NCBI GenBank assembly: GCA_965247255.1
Contig: CBDFGS010000007.1
Coordinates: forward strand, 48,216-112,215
Reading direction: 5' to 3'
Length of the DNA: 64,000 nucleotides
Source of the DNA: Dehalococcoidia bacterium
GTDB lineage: Bacteria > Chloroflexota > Dehalococcoidia > Lucifugimonadales > CAUZJF01
This document shows, piece by piece, positions 36,243 through 45,681 of this stretch (positions are counted from its first letter, which is position 1; each line of letters opens with the position of its first letter). The notes beneath the pieces were generated by a model. The model searched no databases. It had not been told where the DNA came from and saw nothing but the letters and a program-made list of their open reading frames with translations. The translations under genes were made by a program, and so were the position numbers.

Positions 36243-37007
36243 TCATTCAGCTGACGGCATCAAGTCTCGCAGAAGCAGCGCGGCAAAGTACCCCGCGCCG
36301 AACCCGTTGTCGATGTTGACCACGGTTACGCCCGGGGCGCAGCCATTCAGCATCGCCAGCAACGCAGCCAGCCCCTCGAAGCTGGCGCCGTAGCCGACGC
36401 TGGTGGGCACCGCGATCACCGGCGCCTCGACCAGGCCCCCGACCACCGAGGGCAGGGCGCCCTCCATCCCGGCCACGGCGATGACGACTCGCGCCTCCCG
36501 GATGGCTGGCAGCTCGCTCAGCAGCCGGTGTATGCCCGCAACCCCGACGTCGTTCACCTGGTCGACCTCGCAGTCCATCAGGTCGGCGGTGACGGCTGCC
36601 TCCGTTGCTACAGGCAGGTCCGACGTTCCCGCGCTCACGACAATCACGCCGGGGACCTTACGCGGCTCGCGGCGGCGGTCAACGACGATTGTATGGGCGA
36701 CCTCATCGAAGACGGCGTCTGAAACCCGCGCTTGGACTGCGGCAAACGCGTCTGCGTCGGCTTTGGTGACCAGCAGCCGGTCGGAGTCCGCGATGAGCGC
36801 CACCGCCAGCGCCGCGATCTGGTCCGGCGTCTTGCCACGGCCGTACACGACCTCGGGGAACCCCTTCCGGAGCGATCGATGGTGGTCGACCTTGGCGAAC
36901 CCGAGGTCCTGGAAGGGCATGACGCTCAGCCGCCCAAGCACCTCGTCGACGGTCGCCTGGCCGCTGTGCAAGTCTTCGAGGAGCGCTCGGAGGTGGGTGC
37001 TGTCCAT
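36243..37007 (-). CDS. larB: Nickel-pincer cofactor biosynthesis protein LarB (AIR-carboxylase-like)
   Basis: 254 aa (FAKVDHHRSLRKGFPEVVYGRGKT; VVSAGTSDLPVA; AVAGMEGALPSVVGG). Confidence 0.85.
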   Translation of the reverse strand: MDSTHLRALLEDLHSGQATVDEVLGRLSVMPFQDLGFAKVDHHRSLRKGFPEVVYGRGKTPDQIAALAVALIADSDRLLVTKADADAFAAVQARVSDAVFDEVAHTIVVDRRREPRKVPGVIVVSAGTSDLPVATEAAVTADLMDCEVDQVNDVGVAGIHRLLSELPAIREARVVIAVAGMEGALPSVVGGLVEAPVIAVPTSVGYGASFEGLAALLAMLNGCAPGVTVVNIDNGFGAGYFAALLLRDLMPSAE

Positions 37008-37280
37008 TAGCTGGCCATAGCCTTGCCCGCTGCTCTCACACCGCAGAGACCGGTGGGATGAGCGTGAATCAGATCGCTTGGCGAAACCGACGCGGGGATG
37101 AGTGCAATGGCGCTAAGCGGGCGCCCCGGAATCGCGCCTCGATTCTATCAGCAACTGCGCCAGCACCCTACGCACCTTGCGCGGTCTGCTCAGGACGCTA
37201 GATGTTTTGTGCTGTCAAATAGGATGCTTCTCATGGCGTCATGGCCTGACGGCCCGATGGCCCGATGGCTCGGGCTCTAC

Positions 37281-39074
37281 CTAATACTTGTCTGCCGGTT
37301 CGGACGCGGAGTTCGGCGAGGGGATCATCTGCACGTCGACGAGGCGCCTGAACTCGCCTTCTTCGTTATACAGCTCTTCGAACTTGCCCTGTTGGACGAT
37401 CCTGCCGTCCTTAAGAACGAAGATAACGTCGGCGTTCTTGACTGTCGATACCCGGTGCGCGATCAACACCATGGTCTTCTTACCATGGAACTCCTCAAGG
37501 TTGCTCTGGATGGTGCGCTCCGATTCCGAGTCCAGCGAGCTCGTCGCCTCGTCGAACAGGAGCAGGCTGACGTCCTTGAAAAGCTCTCGCGCGATGTTTA
37601 TCCGTTGCCTCTGGCCGCCGGATATTTTCAGTCCATCGGTCCCAAGCGTGGACTCGTAACGCTCCGGAAGCCGAGCGACGAACTGGTCGATGCGGGCGTT
37701 TCGCGCCGCCGCCGCGACCTCAGCGCCGTGGTTGCCGTTCGACCAGAGCGTGATGTTGTTCTCGATGGTGTCGTTGAATATGACGCCCTCTTGCGTAACG
37801 AAGCCTATACCAGCCCTTAGCTTTCCTTGGTCCAAAGTTCCATAGCTGTGCTCCCCCAAAGTGATATCGCCCTCGGAGGGACTCAGGATCCCGGTGAGGA
37901 GCGTCACAAGCGTCGACTTGCCCGCGCCTGACACGCCGACGAAGGCTACGGTGGACTTCGGAGGCACCTCCAGCTCGATGTTCCGGAGTACGTAGTCGCC
38001 AGCGCCATATCCGAAAGAGACCCCCTTCAGTCTTATCGGCTGGTCGAAGTCGGGGGAAACTCCACCCGGCCTAAGGTCCTCTTGGACCAGCGAGACCTCG
38101 CGCTCCAGCCTTTGCAAGACATCGATCCCGCCGAACGACGACAGGAATCTGCGGTAGTTGATCTGTATGCCCAGCAGCCTGCCGAAGGAGCGCTGCAGCA
38201 GGTAGAGGACGAAGAGCGTGTCAACCAGAGGGAGCCCTCTAATCTGCACCTGGATGTAGAGCAGCGCGGAGACCGCGACTATCGTGAATGGGGTGAAGCC
38301 GTAGTGGGAGAGACCCGCCAGCACCCAAAGCCGGTAGAGGACCCGCCCTAGCTCATCCGCGGCCTGGTTGACCTGCGCCAGAATGCGATGATGCGAGAAG
38401 GTGGACTTCAGGTATTTGTAGTTATGGAGGGCCTGGATGAGGAACTCCTGGAGTCGTGCCGAGTGGGCCGACCTCTCTATCGAGGACCTCCTGGTCTCCA
38501 GGTTTATCTTCCTGATCGCGATGATCGCCGGCGCACCGAATATTGCAAGAATCACGACTATCACCGGATTCAAACCCAAAGGCACGGCAAGGTATGCTAC
38601 AGCGAATACGACTCCTACCAGCACATCCGCGAGGTCCTCGAACGCGAAGGCCACCCTGGCGTACTCCACGACGACGGCGTTGTTCAGGTAGCCGATGTCT
38701 TTCTTCAGGAAGTACTGGTAGTCGGCGCTGAACAGCCTGTCGACCAGTCGGACGCGAAGGTCCACCAGCAGTCCGGTGACCAGGCGCGCCACATACATGG
38801 TCTTCAGGATAAGAAAAGCGCTCGTGATGAAGTAGAACCCGATCATCAGCACCAGGACGCTGGTGAACGTATACGGTAGTCCGATCGTCTCGAATACGCG
38901 CGCAATGGCGCGGCCCATCTGGTTGTCGATGTCGTTCTGTTCCAGAAGTGGCATGAACATGCTCATGGCGACCACTTCGGACAAGGCGGCAGCGCCCATG
39001 AGAAGGAGCAATGCGACGGACCGGAGGCCCACCAGGCCGTAGAAGAACCTGACGAAACGGATGAACTCTGCCAT
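37281..39074 (-). CDS. ABC exporter, fused permease/ATPase (MsbA-like type)
   Basis: N-terminal six-helix TMD. Walker A GVSGAGKST, signature LSGGQRQR, Walker B LLLFDEATSSLD. Confidence 0.9.
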   Translation of the reverse strand: MAEFIRFVRFFYGLVGLRSVALLLLMGAAALSEVVAMSMFMPLLEQNDIDNQMGRAIARVFETIGLPYTFTSVLVLMIGFYFITSAFLILKTMYVARLVTGLLVDLRVRLVDRLFSADYQYFLKKDIGYLNNAVVVEYARVAFAFEDLADVLVGVVFAVAYLAVPLGLNPVIVVILAIFGAPAIIAIRKINLETRRSSIERSAHSARLQEFLIQALHNYKYLKSTFSHHRILAQVNQAADELGRVLYRLWVLAGLSHYGFTPFTIVAVSALLYIQVQIRGLPLVDTLFVLYLLQRSFGRLLGIQINYRRFLSSFGGIDVLQRLEREVSLVQEDLRPGGVSPDFDQPIRLKGVSFGYGAGDYVLRNIELEVPPKSTVAFVGVSGAGKSTLVTLLTGILSPSEGDITLGEHSYGTLDQGKLRAGIGFVTQEGVIFNDTIENNITLWSNGNHGAEVAAAARNARIDQFVARLPERYESTLGTDGLKISGGQRQRINIARELFKDVSLLLFDEATSSLDSESERTIQSNLEEFHGKKTMVLIAHRVSTVKNADVIFVLKDGRIVQQGKFEELYNEEGEFRRLVDVQMIPSPNSASEPADKY

Positions 39075-39452
39075 ATGGCTGCCTAGCGTGCTGAGTTAAA
39101 GGCCCGTTTGGGACCCTTATGTTGTTTAGAACGGCGCTTGCCAGCCCTCAGGTAGCACGCTCGAGTTAGGCGGCAACGTACGCCACCGGGTGGCGGCGGT
39201 GGGACTTCGAGTACGTGGCGAGGCGGACCAGGATGCAGGGCATGGAATGATTCTCGATTACCCCTATGACCTCTGTGAAGGCCGGTACAGAGGGGGGCTC
39301 AAGGCACGGAGCCTCACGCCTGGAGTGCGTCCTGCTCCCGTTTCGCGCGAAACTCGGGCAGCCAAGTGGGTGGTGGATGGCGCACGCGATGCAATCCGAG
39401 GAGGGGTGTGTGAGATGCGGAGTCGCACGTGTATCTGATAGAGTCTCCAGCT

Positions 39453-40628
39453 ATGAACTCCCGAGAGCGAATGAGGCTCGCAATGGCATTGGACGAGCCA
39501 GACCGGGTGCCGGTCATGTGCCAGCTCGCGGTCGGCCACTATTTCCTGCAATCGGGGGTGCAGCCCCTAGACGTGTGGTACACGTCCGAGGGCTTCGCGG
39601 AGGCGCTGATCGAGCTCCAGCAACGCTACAACTTCGACGGGATTTTGATCAATCTCCCGGGGAGGGAGCCCGGCTACGAGAGCTTGATTCAAAGAATCGA
39701 GCCGGGGCGGGAGGAGAGGAGCATCCGGTGGCGTAACGGCGACTACACGGCGTTTCCTGACGACGATAACCCTCACTACTACATGGCGGATGGCAACCGG
39801 TATTTCCCGACTTTCCAGGAGGTGAACCCGGAGGAGCTGTACTACGTCGAGCCGTGGGACATGACCGACATCACCTATCCGTTTACTTGGGGCTTCGAGC
39901 CCGAACCGAGGCCGTTCGACGATTTCTTCCCGGCGCACCACTTCGACACGGTCAAGATGGTCAAGAAGAAGGTCGGCGAGAAGGTCTCCGTCCATTCGGA
40001 GATCTTCTCTCCGTGGTCCCAGTTCCTGGAGCTGCTGAACTACGAGCACGCGCTGATGGCGGTCCTGGACGATGCCGGAAAAGCTAAGGCGTGCCTCGAC
40101 CGGCTGACAGAAGGCGCGATCGACCTCGCCAAGAAGCAGGCCGCTTGCAATGTCGACGCGGTCCTTATCTCGTCCGCATTCGCGGGCGCGGGGCTGATCT
40201 CACGCGAGCATTACGAGGAGTTCGTCTTGCCCTACGAGAGGCGGCTCATATCCGAGGTGAAGAAGGAGTATTCGATGCCGGTCTACACGCATACGTGTGG
40301 GAGCATCGGCGACCGGCTCGATCTGATGGTGGCGACCGGGACCAACGGCATCGATACGCTGGACCCTCCGCCGCTGGGCACGGTGGAGCTCGAGGAGGCC
40401 AAAGAGGTCCTCAAGGGCAAGACGTTCATCAAGGGCAATGTCGACCCGGTCAGCACCCTGCTGCGCGGCGACGCCTCGGGCGCCAGAGACAACGTACGGC
40501 GTAGAATCGGCATAGGGAAGCCTGAAGGCGGGTACATATTGAGCTCGGCGTGCTCGGTCTCGCCACACACGCCGCCGGAAAACATCGAGCTGCTGGCGCA
40601 GCTGACCGAGGAGTACGGGGGGTACTAG
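39453..40628 (+). CDS. Uroporphyrinogen-decarboxylase-family (URO-D/MtaA-CmuA-like) protein
   Basis: MNSRERMRLAMALDEPDRVPVM, HTCGSIGDRLDLM and GIDTLDPPPLG are typical of the URO-D superfamily. The maximal ORF starts at 39429. Confidence 0.75.
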   Translation: MNSRERMRLAMALDEPDRVPVMCQLAVGHYFLQSGVQPLDVWYTSEGFAEALIELQQRYNFDGILINLPGREPGYESLIQRIEPGREERSIRWRNGDYTAFPDDDNPHYYMADGNRYFPTFQEVNPEELYYVEPWDMTDITYPFTWGFEPEPRPFDDFFPAHHFDTVKMVKKKVGEKVSVHSEIFSPWSQFLELLNYEHALMAVLDDAGKAKACLDRLTEGAIDLAKKQAACNVDAVLISSAFAGAGLISREHYEEFVLPYERRLISEVKKEYSMPVYTHTCGSIGDRLDLMVATGTNGIDTLDPPPLGTVELEEAKEVLKGKTFIKGNVDPVSTLLRGDASGARDNVRRRIGIGKPEGGYILSSACSVSPHTPPENIELLAQLTEEYGGY

Positions 40629-40651
40629 GGCGCGGCAAGCAGCGCCCCTAC
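40628..40651 (+). repeat. GC-rich hairpin element GGGCGCGGCAAGCAGCGCCCCTAC (copy 2)
   Basis: Exact match to 7192-7215. It begins on the last base of the 39453-40628 stop codon. Confidence 0.8.
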
Positions 40652-40663
40652 AGGAACGGGGAA

Positions 40664-40691
40664 ATCCCCCTTGCCCCCTTTGCAAAGGGGG
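40664..40691 (+). repeat. C-tract/G-tract hairpin element, copy 3
   Basis: ATCCCCCTTGCCCCCTTTGCAAAGGGGG, lying 12 nt after the preceding hairpin element. Confidence 0.7.
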
Positions 40692-40760
40692 TTCAAAAAG
40701 CGCCCTCATCAAACTGCGGCTAGGGTGAGCCCGGCGCGGTAAGGGCGGTGCGCCCAGGGG

Positions 40761-41819
40761 CTAGTTGCTAGAGAGGGTTGGGGCCCTGAGCGCCGGAGCG
40801 AGGTCGGTCTCCTCCAGCTGATAGGCCTCTTTCTGGTAGACCTGAATGCGGTACGCATTCCAGTCGGGGATGAACATCCGACCCTGGTCGTCGACCGTGA
40901 CCGAGGTGACGTGCCGGAACAGCCTCGCTTCTTCCATATCGGTCATCTCGCGGAGCCGAATGAGCCGCTTCCTGGTCCGGATGATGTCTCGCTCGCTATT
41001 GGACATCGTCGCGTCTCCGGTAAACTTCTGGACGTAGCGGCCTTCCGGAGAGAAGAGCTGCACCCGGTTGTGGGCGGCCCGGACCGGCTCCGCGCCGCCT
41101 CGGTCGACCACGTAGATATCGTAGTCGCCGTCAACCGCGATTCCCATGGGCCGGTCTAGCTGTCCGTCGCCGGTCCCCGACTTTCCGAACGCGAAGAGGA
41201 ACTCGCCGTCGCTTGTGAACTTCTGGACTCGGTCGTTCCGCCAGTCGGAAATGTAGACATCGCCGTCACCGTCCACGGCTACGCCCCAGGGCATATTGAA
41301 CTCCCCTTGAGCATCGCCGAACGAGCCCCATGTCATCAGGAAGCCGCCCTCCTTGGTGAACTTCTGCACCCGGTGGTTCATGGAGTCGACAACGTACAGG
41401 TCTTCGTCGGAACTAAATGCGATACCGGTGGGACGGTCGAGCTGACCATCGCTTGCCCCTTGCCGACCCCACTTGCGCAGGAAGTCGCCGTCGCTATTCC
41501 AGACTGAGATTCGGTGGATGCCCTCATCGGAGACGTATATGTTCTCGTCGCTATCAACGGCGATAGCGAGCGGCCAGATCAAAGTCCCATCCTCGACCGC
41601 CGACGCGTCCGGTATGGGGTCGCGGTCGGTCCACCCGATCCCGATGGTACCGAGGTTCTCCTCGTCCTCGTTGAAAACCTGGATATTGCTCCACGTAAGG
41701 GAGTAGATGCGTCCCTCCTTGCCAAACGCAATGGCGTTGGGGTGGTTCGTGACCCCCTTTCGACCGAACGTCTTCAAATATGGGAATCCGGCTCTGAGTA
41801 GCGCATGTGGCTTGGGCAT
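40761..41819 (-). CDS. NHL-repeat beta-propeller protein
   Basis: Repeated units of the type G.GDGQLDRP.GIAVD.DG.IYV.D..N.RVQKF occur at least five times. Confidence 0.8.
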   Translation of the reverse strand: MPKPHALLRAGFPYLKTFGRKGVTNHPNAIAFGKEGRIYSLTWSNIQVFNEDEENLGTIGIGWTDRDPIPDASAVEDGTLIWPLAIAVDSDENIYVSDEGIHRISVWNSDGDFLRKWGRQGASDGQLDRPTGIAFSSDEDLYVVDSMNHRVQKFTKEGGFLMTWGSFGDAQGEFNMPWGVAVDGDGDVYISDWRNDRVQKFTSDGEFLFAFGKSGTGDGQLDRPMGIAVDGDYDIYVVDRGGAEPVRAAHNRVQLFSPEGRYVQKFTGDATMSNSERDIIRTRKRLIRLREMTDMEEARLFRHVTSVTVDDQGRMFIPDWNAYRIQVYQKEAYQLEETDLAPALRAPTLSSN

Positions 41820-41864
41820 AGCTATCCCCTATCCTAACTTTCCCGGCGAAGGGACTTGTACGAC

Positions 41865-43232
41865 CTATCCGAACTGGTATTCCCTGGTCGAGACGATGAG
41901 CTGCAGCATCTTGATGACGCGTGCCTCGAGATCTTCGCGGTCGACGCCGTTGTGGAAGTCGAGGACTCCCCCGGGCTCGGCTTGGCCGAGCAAGATATCG
42001 CGCGATTCGCTGCCGACCTGCATGGGGCCCAGTAGGTCGAGGCAACGGTCGACTAGTTGCTCGGGAGTGAGCGGAGTGTCCTCCGCCAGGCGGTCCATAA
42101 TTCCCCGTATGCCCGGAAGGGAAGGGTCCGAGACCTCGGCGATGGCGTAGTTGACGCGCTCGTTCAGGGTGCCGCCGTCGATCCACTCCGGCCCGGTGTG
42201 CCACCCCTCGACCGATAGCGGGTTTATGAGGGTCTGGCCCATCGACTGGGCCGCGCCGTCGTAGCGGTTCATCCCGGGCTGAGGCACCCTGAAGGTACCC
42301 TGAAGCTTGAGTAGCCCCGCCACCAACTCGACCGGGCTCTTCACCCGCTTAAACTGGGCTTCTTTGAAGAAGTCCGCATTGAACAGCGCTCTCAGGACCG
42401 GTCGTATCTGGCCCTCTGATTCGAGGTACACCTCGGACAGGGCATCGATGGCCTCCGGGTCCTGGGGAGGCACTTCGTTCCAGGTGGCCACCGGGGTCTC
42501 GTCGGCCACGAAGTAGTTGTACAGGAGCCTGGACAGGAATCTGGCCGTTGCCGGCTGCTTCACGACGATGTCTACGATGTCCTCGCCGTTGAACGCGCCG
42601 GTCTCCCCGAGGAACGTCTTGACGCTATCGTCGTGCTCCTCCTCATCGTAGACAAACCGGGCGGGAATCGTCGTACTCGGTATGATGGAGGTGAAGCTCC
42701 ATCCCGTGAACGCCTGGGTCGACGCCTTTACGTCTTCCTCCGTATAGTTCCCAACCCCCATGGAGAAGAGCTCGAGCAGCTCCCGCCCGTAGTTCTCGTT
42801 GGGCGCCCTCTTCAGGTTCTCCTGGTTGTCCAGCCAGTAGATCATGGCGGGATCGGTGGAAACGCCGACGAGGACGGTGCGTAGGTCGGAGAGGGCGTTG
42901 CGGCGAAACGCAGCTATCTGATGATGAAGTGGGTCGTGGTTGTTGGACTTCGAAAAGCCCGTAGCGAGCAGCTGGTGCCAGAAAAGCGTCATCTTCTCGT
43001 TCAGGGGGGTGCCGGTGTTGACGAACCGATATATCCAGCCGGTCCGCCAGGCCATCTTGTGGTACCGGAACAGAAGGTCTTCGTCGACGTCGTGGGACTG
43101 CTCCGGATGCAGCAGGTCCTCTACCACGTTCTCGTAGCCCCTGCCAACGAGGTCCTCGAGCTCATCGCGACTTGCGCTGAACCCAGCCCGGCGCATCAGG
43201 TGTGCCATCAAATACAGGTCGTCGTTAGACAT
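41865..43232 (-). CDS. DUF1800-family protein
   Basis: MSNDDLYLMAHLMRRAGFSASRDELE.., FWHQLLATGFSK and ENYGRELLELFSMGVGNYTE are typical of DUF1800. The maximal ORF runs to 43262. Confidence 0.75.
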   Translation of the reverse strand: MSNDDLYLMAHLMRRAGFSASRDELEDLVGRGYENVVEDLLHPEQSHDVDEDLLFRYHKMAWRTGWIYRFVNTGTPLNEKMTLFWHQLLATGFSKSNNHDPLHHQIAAFRRNALSDLRTVLVGVSTDPAMIYWLDNQENLKRAPNENYGRELLELFSMGVGNYTEEDVKASTQAFTGWSFTSIIPSTTIPARFVYDEEEHDDSVKTFLGETGAFNGEDIVDIVVKQPATARFLSRLLYNYFVADETPVATWNEVPPQDPEAIDALSEVYLESEGQIRPVLRALFNADFFKEAQFKRVKSPVELVAGLLKLQGTFRVPQPGMNRYDGAAQSMGQTLINPLSVEGWHTGPEWIDGGTLNERVNYAIAEVSDPSLPGIRGIMDRLAEDTPLTPEQLVDRCLDLLGPMQVGSESRDILLGQAEPGGVLDFHNGVDREDLEARVIKMLQLIVSTREYQFG

Positions 43233-43396
43233 GGTTACCTCCCACCTAGCCTGAGCCCGCAACCATTCCTTCGGCTAGGGCGGTATTATCTCACATAATT
43301 TTCATTAGGGCTTGGAAGCGCCTGGCGGCCGGGTAGCGCTCAGGGTGTGGTGTTGTCATGGCGTGCTTGGGCCCGTCGAAGGCAGGCGTTGAGGGT

Positions 43397-43420
43397 GGGC
43401 GCGGCAAGCGGGGCCCCTAC
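43397..43420 (+). repeat. GC-rich hairpin element, variant copy 3
   Basis: GGGCGCGGCAAGCGGGGCCCCTAC, differing at three adjacent positions (21/24) from the 7192 copy. Confidence 0.7.
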
Positions 43421-43583
43421 GAAAGGGGCGGTGCAACTCGCCCATTTTATGCGCTGTTACCCCATCCCGTTATCTGGGTCGTGGCGAAACCTCACCCCCG
43501 AACGAAATGACTTCGTTTCCATTTCTTCCCTCCTCTCTGCATGCGGAGAGCGCCGGGGTGAGGTAACCGGTCCGCCGCTGCGC

Positions 43584-44459
43584 TCAGCTGGCGGGCAGGA
43601 TGCCAAGCTTGGGCTCGGGGCGCGGAGGGCTCTGGCCTGCGATAGCCGCCTCCTGCTGCTCCTCAGTCATCGGCTTGAACCGCTCGGCGGCGTCGAACAC
43701 CTTGGCCAATAGCCTGGTGTCGCCGACGCTTGGCGCGGTGTGTATCGGCTGAGAGAGCAGCCACCACAGAGCGCGGTCGATCTCCGCCTGATCGCGGTGC
43801 GGGTCGTACCAGGTTGCGTATTCGCGCTCGTGGTCCCCCCACCCTCCCCGGGCCATCATCTTGATCGTCTGTACGCCGACGTTCCTCAAAGTCGCCTCGT
43901 CCAGCAGCTTCTCGGCGTCCGCGCGGTACTCGGTGTTGCGGTAGATCGAGGCGTTAACCGGGAACATTATCGTATCGAAGTCGAAGCGGCGTAGGGCCTC
44001 GAGGTGGGTTCCGGGCGCCTCAGGGCCGTGTCCGGTTATGCCGATCCAGCGCGTCAGGCCCTGGTCGCGTAGCTCGACGAGGGCCTGCAGCGCCCCGTCG
44101 GAGGCCGTGACGGCGTCCAGCTTCTCAAGTGTGCCGACCGCGTGCAGCTGGAAGAGGTCGAACGACTCGACGCCGAGCCTCGCCATGCACTCGCGTATGT
44201 TTTGCCATGCCTCGTCCTTGGTCGGCTTGCCGGTCTTGGCGCCGAGGAATATTCCGCTGCGTATCTTCGGCATCCACGGCGCAAGCCTCTCCATCGCCTC
44301 ACCGTAGCTGGGCGCTATGTCGATGTGGTTTACGCCGTGGTCAAGCGCAAGCTGGATGGCCTCATCGGCCGTATCCTGGGGCACACGTCCAAGCCCCGCC
44401 ATGCCCAGGGTGACCACCGTGCTTTGGTGGCCGGTCCTGCCGAGCTCACGCTTTTGCAT
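43584..44459 (-). CDS. Aldo/keto reductase
   Basis: MQKRELGRTGHQSTVVTLG.., NHIDIAPSYG, and LFQLHAV. The start is preceded by AAGGAG. Confidence 0.85.
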   Translation of the reverse strand: MQKRELGRTGHQSTVVTLGMAGLGRVPQDTADEAIQLALDHGVNHIDIAPSYGEAMERLAPWMPKIRSGIFLGAKTGKPTKDEAWQNIRECMARLGVESFDLFQLHAVGTLEKLDAVTASDGALQALVELRDQGLTRWIGITGHGPEAPGTHLEALRRFDFDTIMFPVNASIYRNTEYRADAEKLLDEATLRNVGVQTIKMMARGGWGDHEREYATWYDPHRDQAEIDRALWWLLSQPIHTAPSVGDTRLLAKVFDAAERFKPMTEEQQEAAIAGQSPPRPEPKLGILPAS

Positions 44460-44690
44460 CGCCTTCTCCTTAGCGCCGAAGTCGATAAGTGCTGGTCGGC
44501 GCACGGTCGTATATTAACTCAAACTGCTGTACGGATGGCGGGGCGAGTACGGCAAGTAGCGCCCGTACGACTAAGGGGGCAGCAGTGTCGATGTGGGTGC
44601 GAGCTCCAGGGATGGACGACGCCTGCGCTTCACGCGTAGAATCACATCCGGCTGTCTGGCCGAGGCGAGCACCAGTAGAAAGGGAATTAG

Positions 44691-45551
44691 TTGAGTACAA
44701 GCACCAACGAACAAGATGCGTCTTATCTGTGGACCGCGGAGGAGATTCGAGACAGGCTCGGATGTTCGTCGATCGTTTTCGAGCGGGACCACCTTCTGCG
44801 GGCCGAGGAGGTAGCCAAGTTGCGCGAGTCGGGAATCACGCGGATCGAGGTCTGCGGGCTCGGCGACCCCGGCCACCTCGATATCCACGACCGCGAGTAC
44901 ATCTCCGAACTCATCTCGGAGTGTGAAAGGCAGGGTGTATCAATCGTATCGGTACACAGCCCCAACTTCCTCTACAACTCCGACAACGAGGACAACCGTA
45001 GACGCGCTGTGACCGAGGGCGTCCTCGCGGCGAAGGTGGCGGAGGAGATGGGGGCGGGGGTGATGGTGTGTCACTTCGTGCCTGAGGAGCCGTCGGAAAA
45101 GAGCGTTACGGAGATGCTGGACCACCTCGAGGGATACTCAATCAAACTCGGCATCGAGAACGGCCGCGACCTCGCCGACTACGCAGCGTTCGTTGACAAG
45201 ATCGGCTCGGACCGCTTCGGCATGGTCGTCGACATCGGCCACACCAGGGATCAAGACGAGATCAACCCCTTCATCAAGAAGGACAGAGCGCGAGAGACGA
45301 TGGCCCAGTGCGGTGACCGCTTGATCCACCTGCACCTGCACGACTGGATAGACGGGGACCACTGCTCACCGCTGGAAGGCAGCATCGAATGGGCCGAGGT
45401 GTTCGCCGCCTTCAAGGACATCGGCTACAGCGGGCACTTCATGTTCGAGGCGGTGTACCCGCCGTGGGCCCGCGAGAACGCCCCGGACTATATAGTGGGC
45501 AAGGTCGCGGGTTTCCCTGAGGGGTTCGTGGAGCGCTACGGGAACGGCTGA
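44691..45551 (+). CDS. Xylose-isomerase-like TIM-barrel protein
   Basis: 286 aa (GIENGRD; VVDIGHT; HLHLHDW) with family-typical metal-ligand spacing. TTG start. Confidence 0.75.
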   Translation: MSTSTNEQDASYLWTAEEIRDRLGCSSIVFERDHLLRAEEVAKLRESGITRIEVCGLGDPGHLDIHDREYISELISECERQGVSIVSVHSPNFLYNSDNEDNRRRAVTEGVLAAKVAEEMGAGVMVCHFVPEEPSEKSVTEMLDHLEGYSIKLGIENGRDLADYAAFVDKIGSDRFGMVVDIGHTRDQDEINPFIKKDRARETMAQCGDRLIHLHLHDWIDGDHCSPLEGSIEWAEVFAAFKDIGYSGHFMFEAVYPPWARENAPDYIVGKVAGFPEGFVERYGNG

Positions 45552-45642
45552 CGAAGCTTAGCCCGAGTCGCAGGGCGATTCGAGATTCGCGAGACCCTTC
45601 TCCTCGCGGCTGCCAAGGATTATACTGCGGGGCGTCTGGTGA

Positions 45643-45673
45643 ATCCCCCCAAACCCTCCTTTTTCAAAGGGGG
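45643..45673 (+). repeat. C-tract/G-tract hairpin element, copy 4
   Basis: ATCCCCCCAAACCCTCCTTTTTCAAAGGGGG, immediately upstream of ORF 45682. Confidence 0.65.
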
Positions 45674-45681
45674 CGAGTTGA

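Noticed and set aside
39075-39452. Possible cobalamin riboswitch upstream of the URO-D/MtaA-like gene.
   Set aside because: Only generic short hairpins are present (CCTCTGT..ACAGAGG, GGCTC..GAGCC), and no B12-box-like sequence was recognised.
43347-43712. A 121-aa plus-strand ORF in the DUF1800/AKR spacer.
   Set aside because: It is assembled from interspersed repeats (the hairpin element at 43397 and a CTCTCTGCATGCGGAGAG..GGGGTGAGG element related to 15292-15313). It also runs antisense into the AKR gene. It is a repeat-derived artefact.
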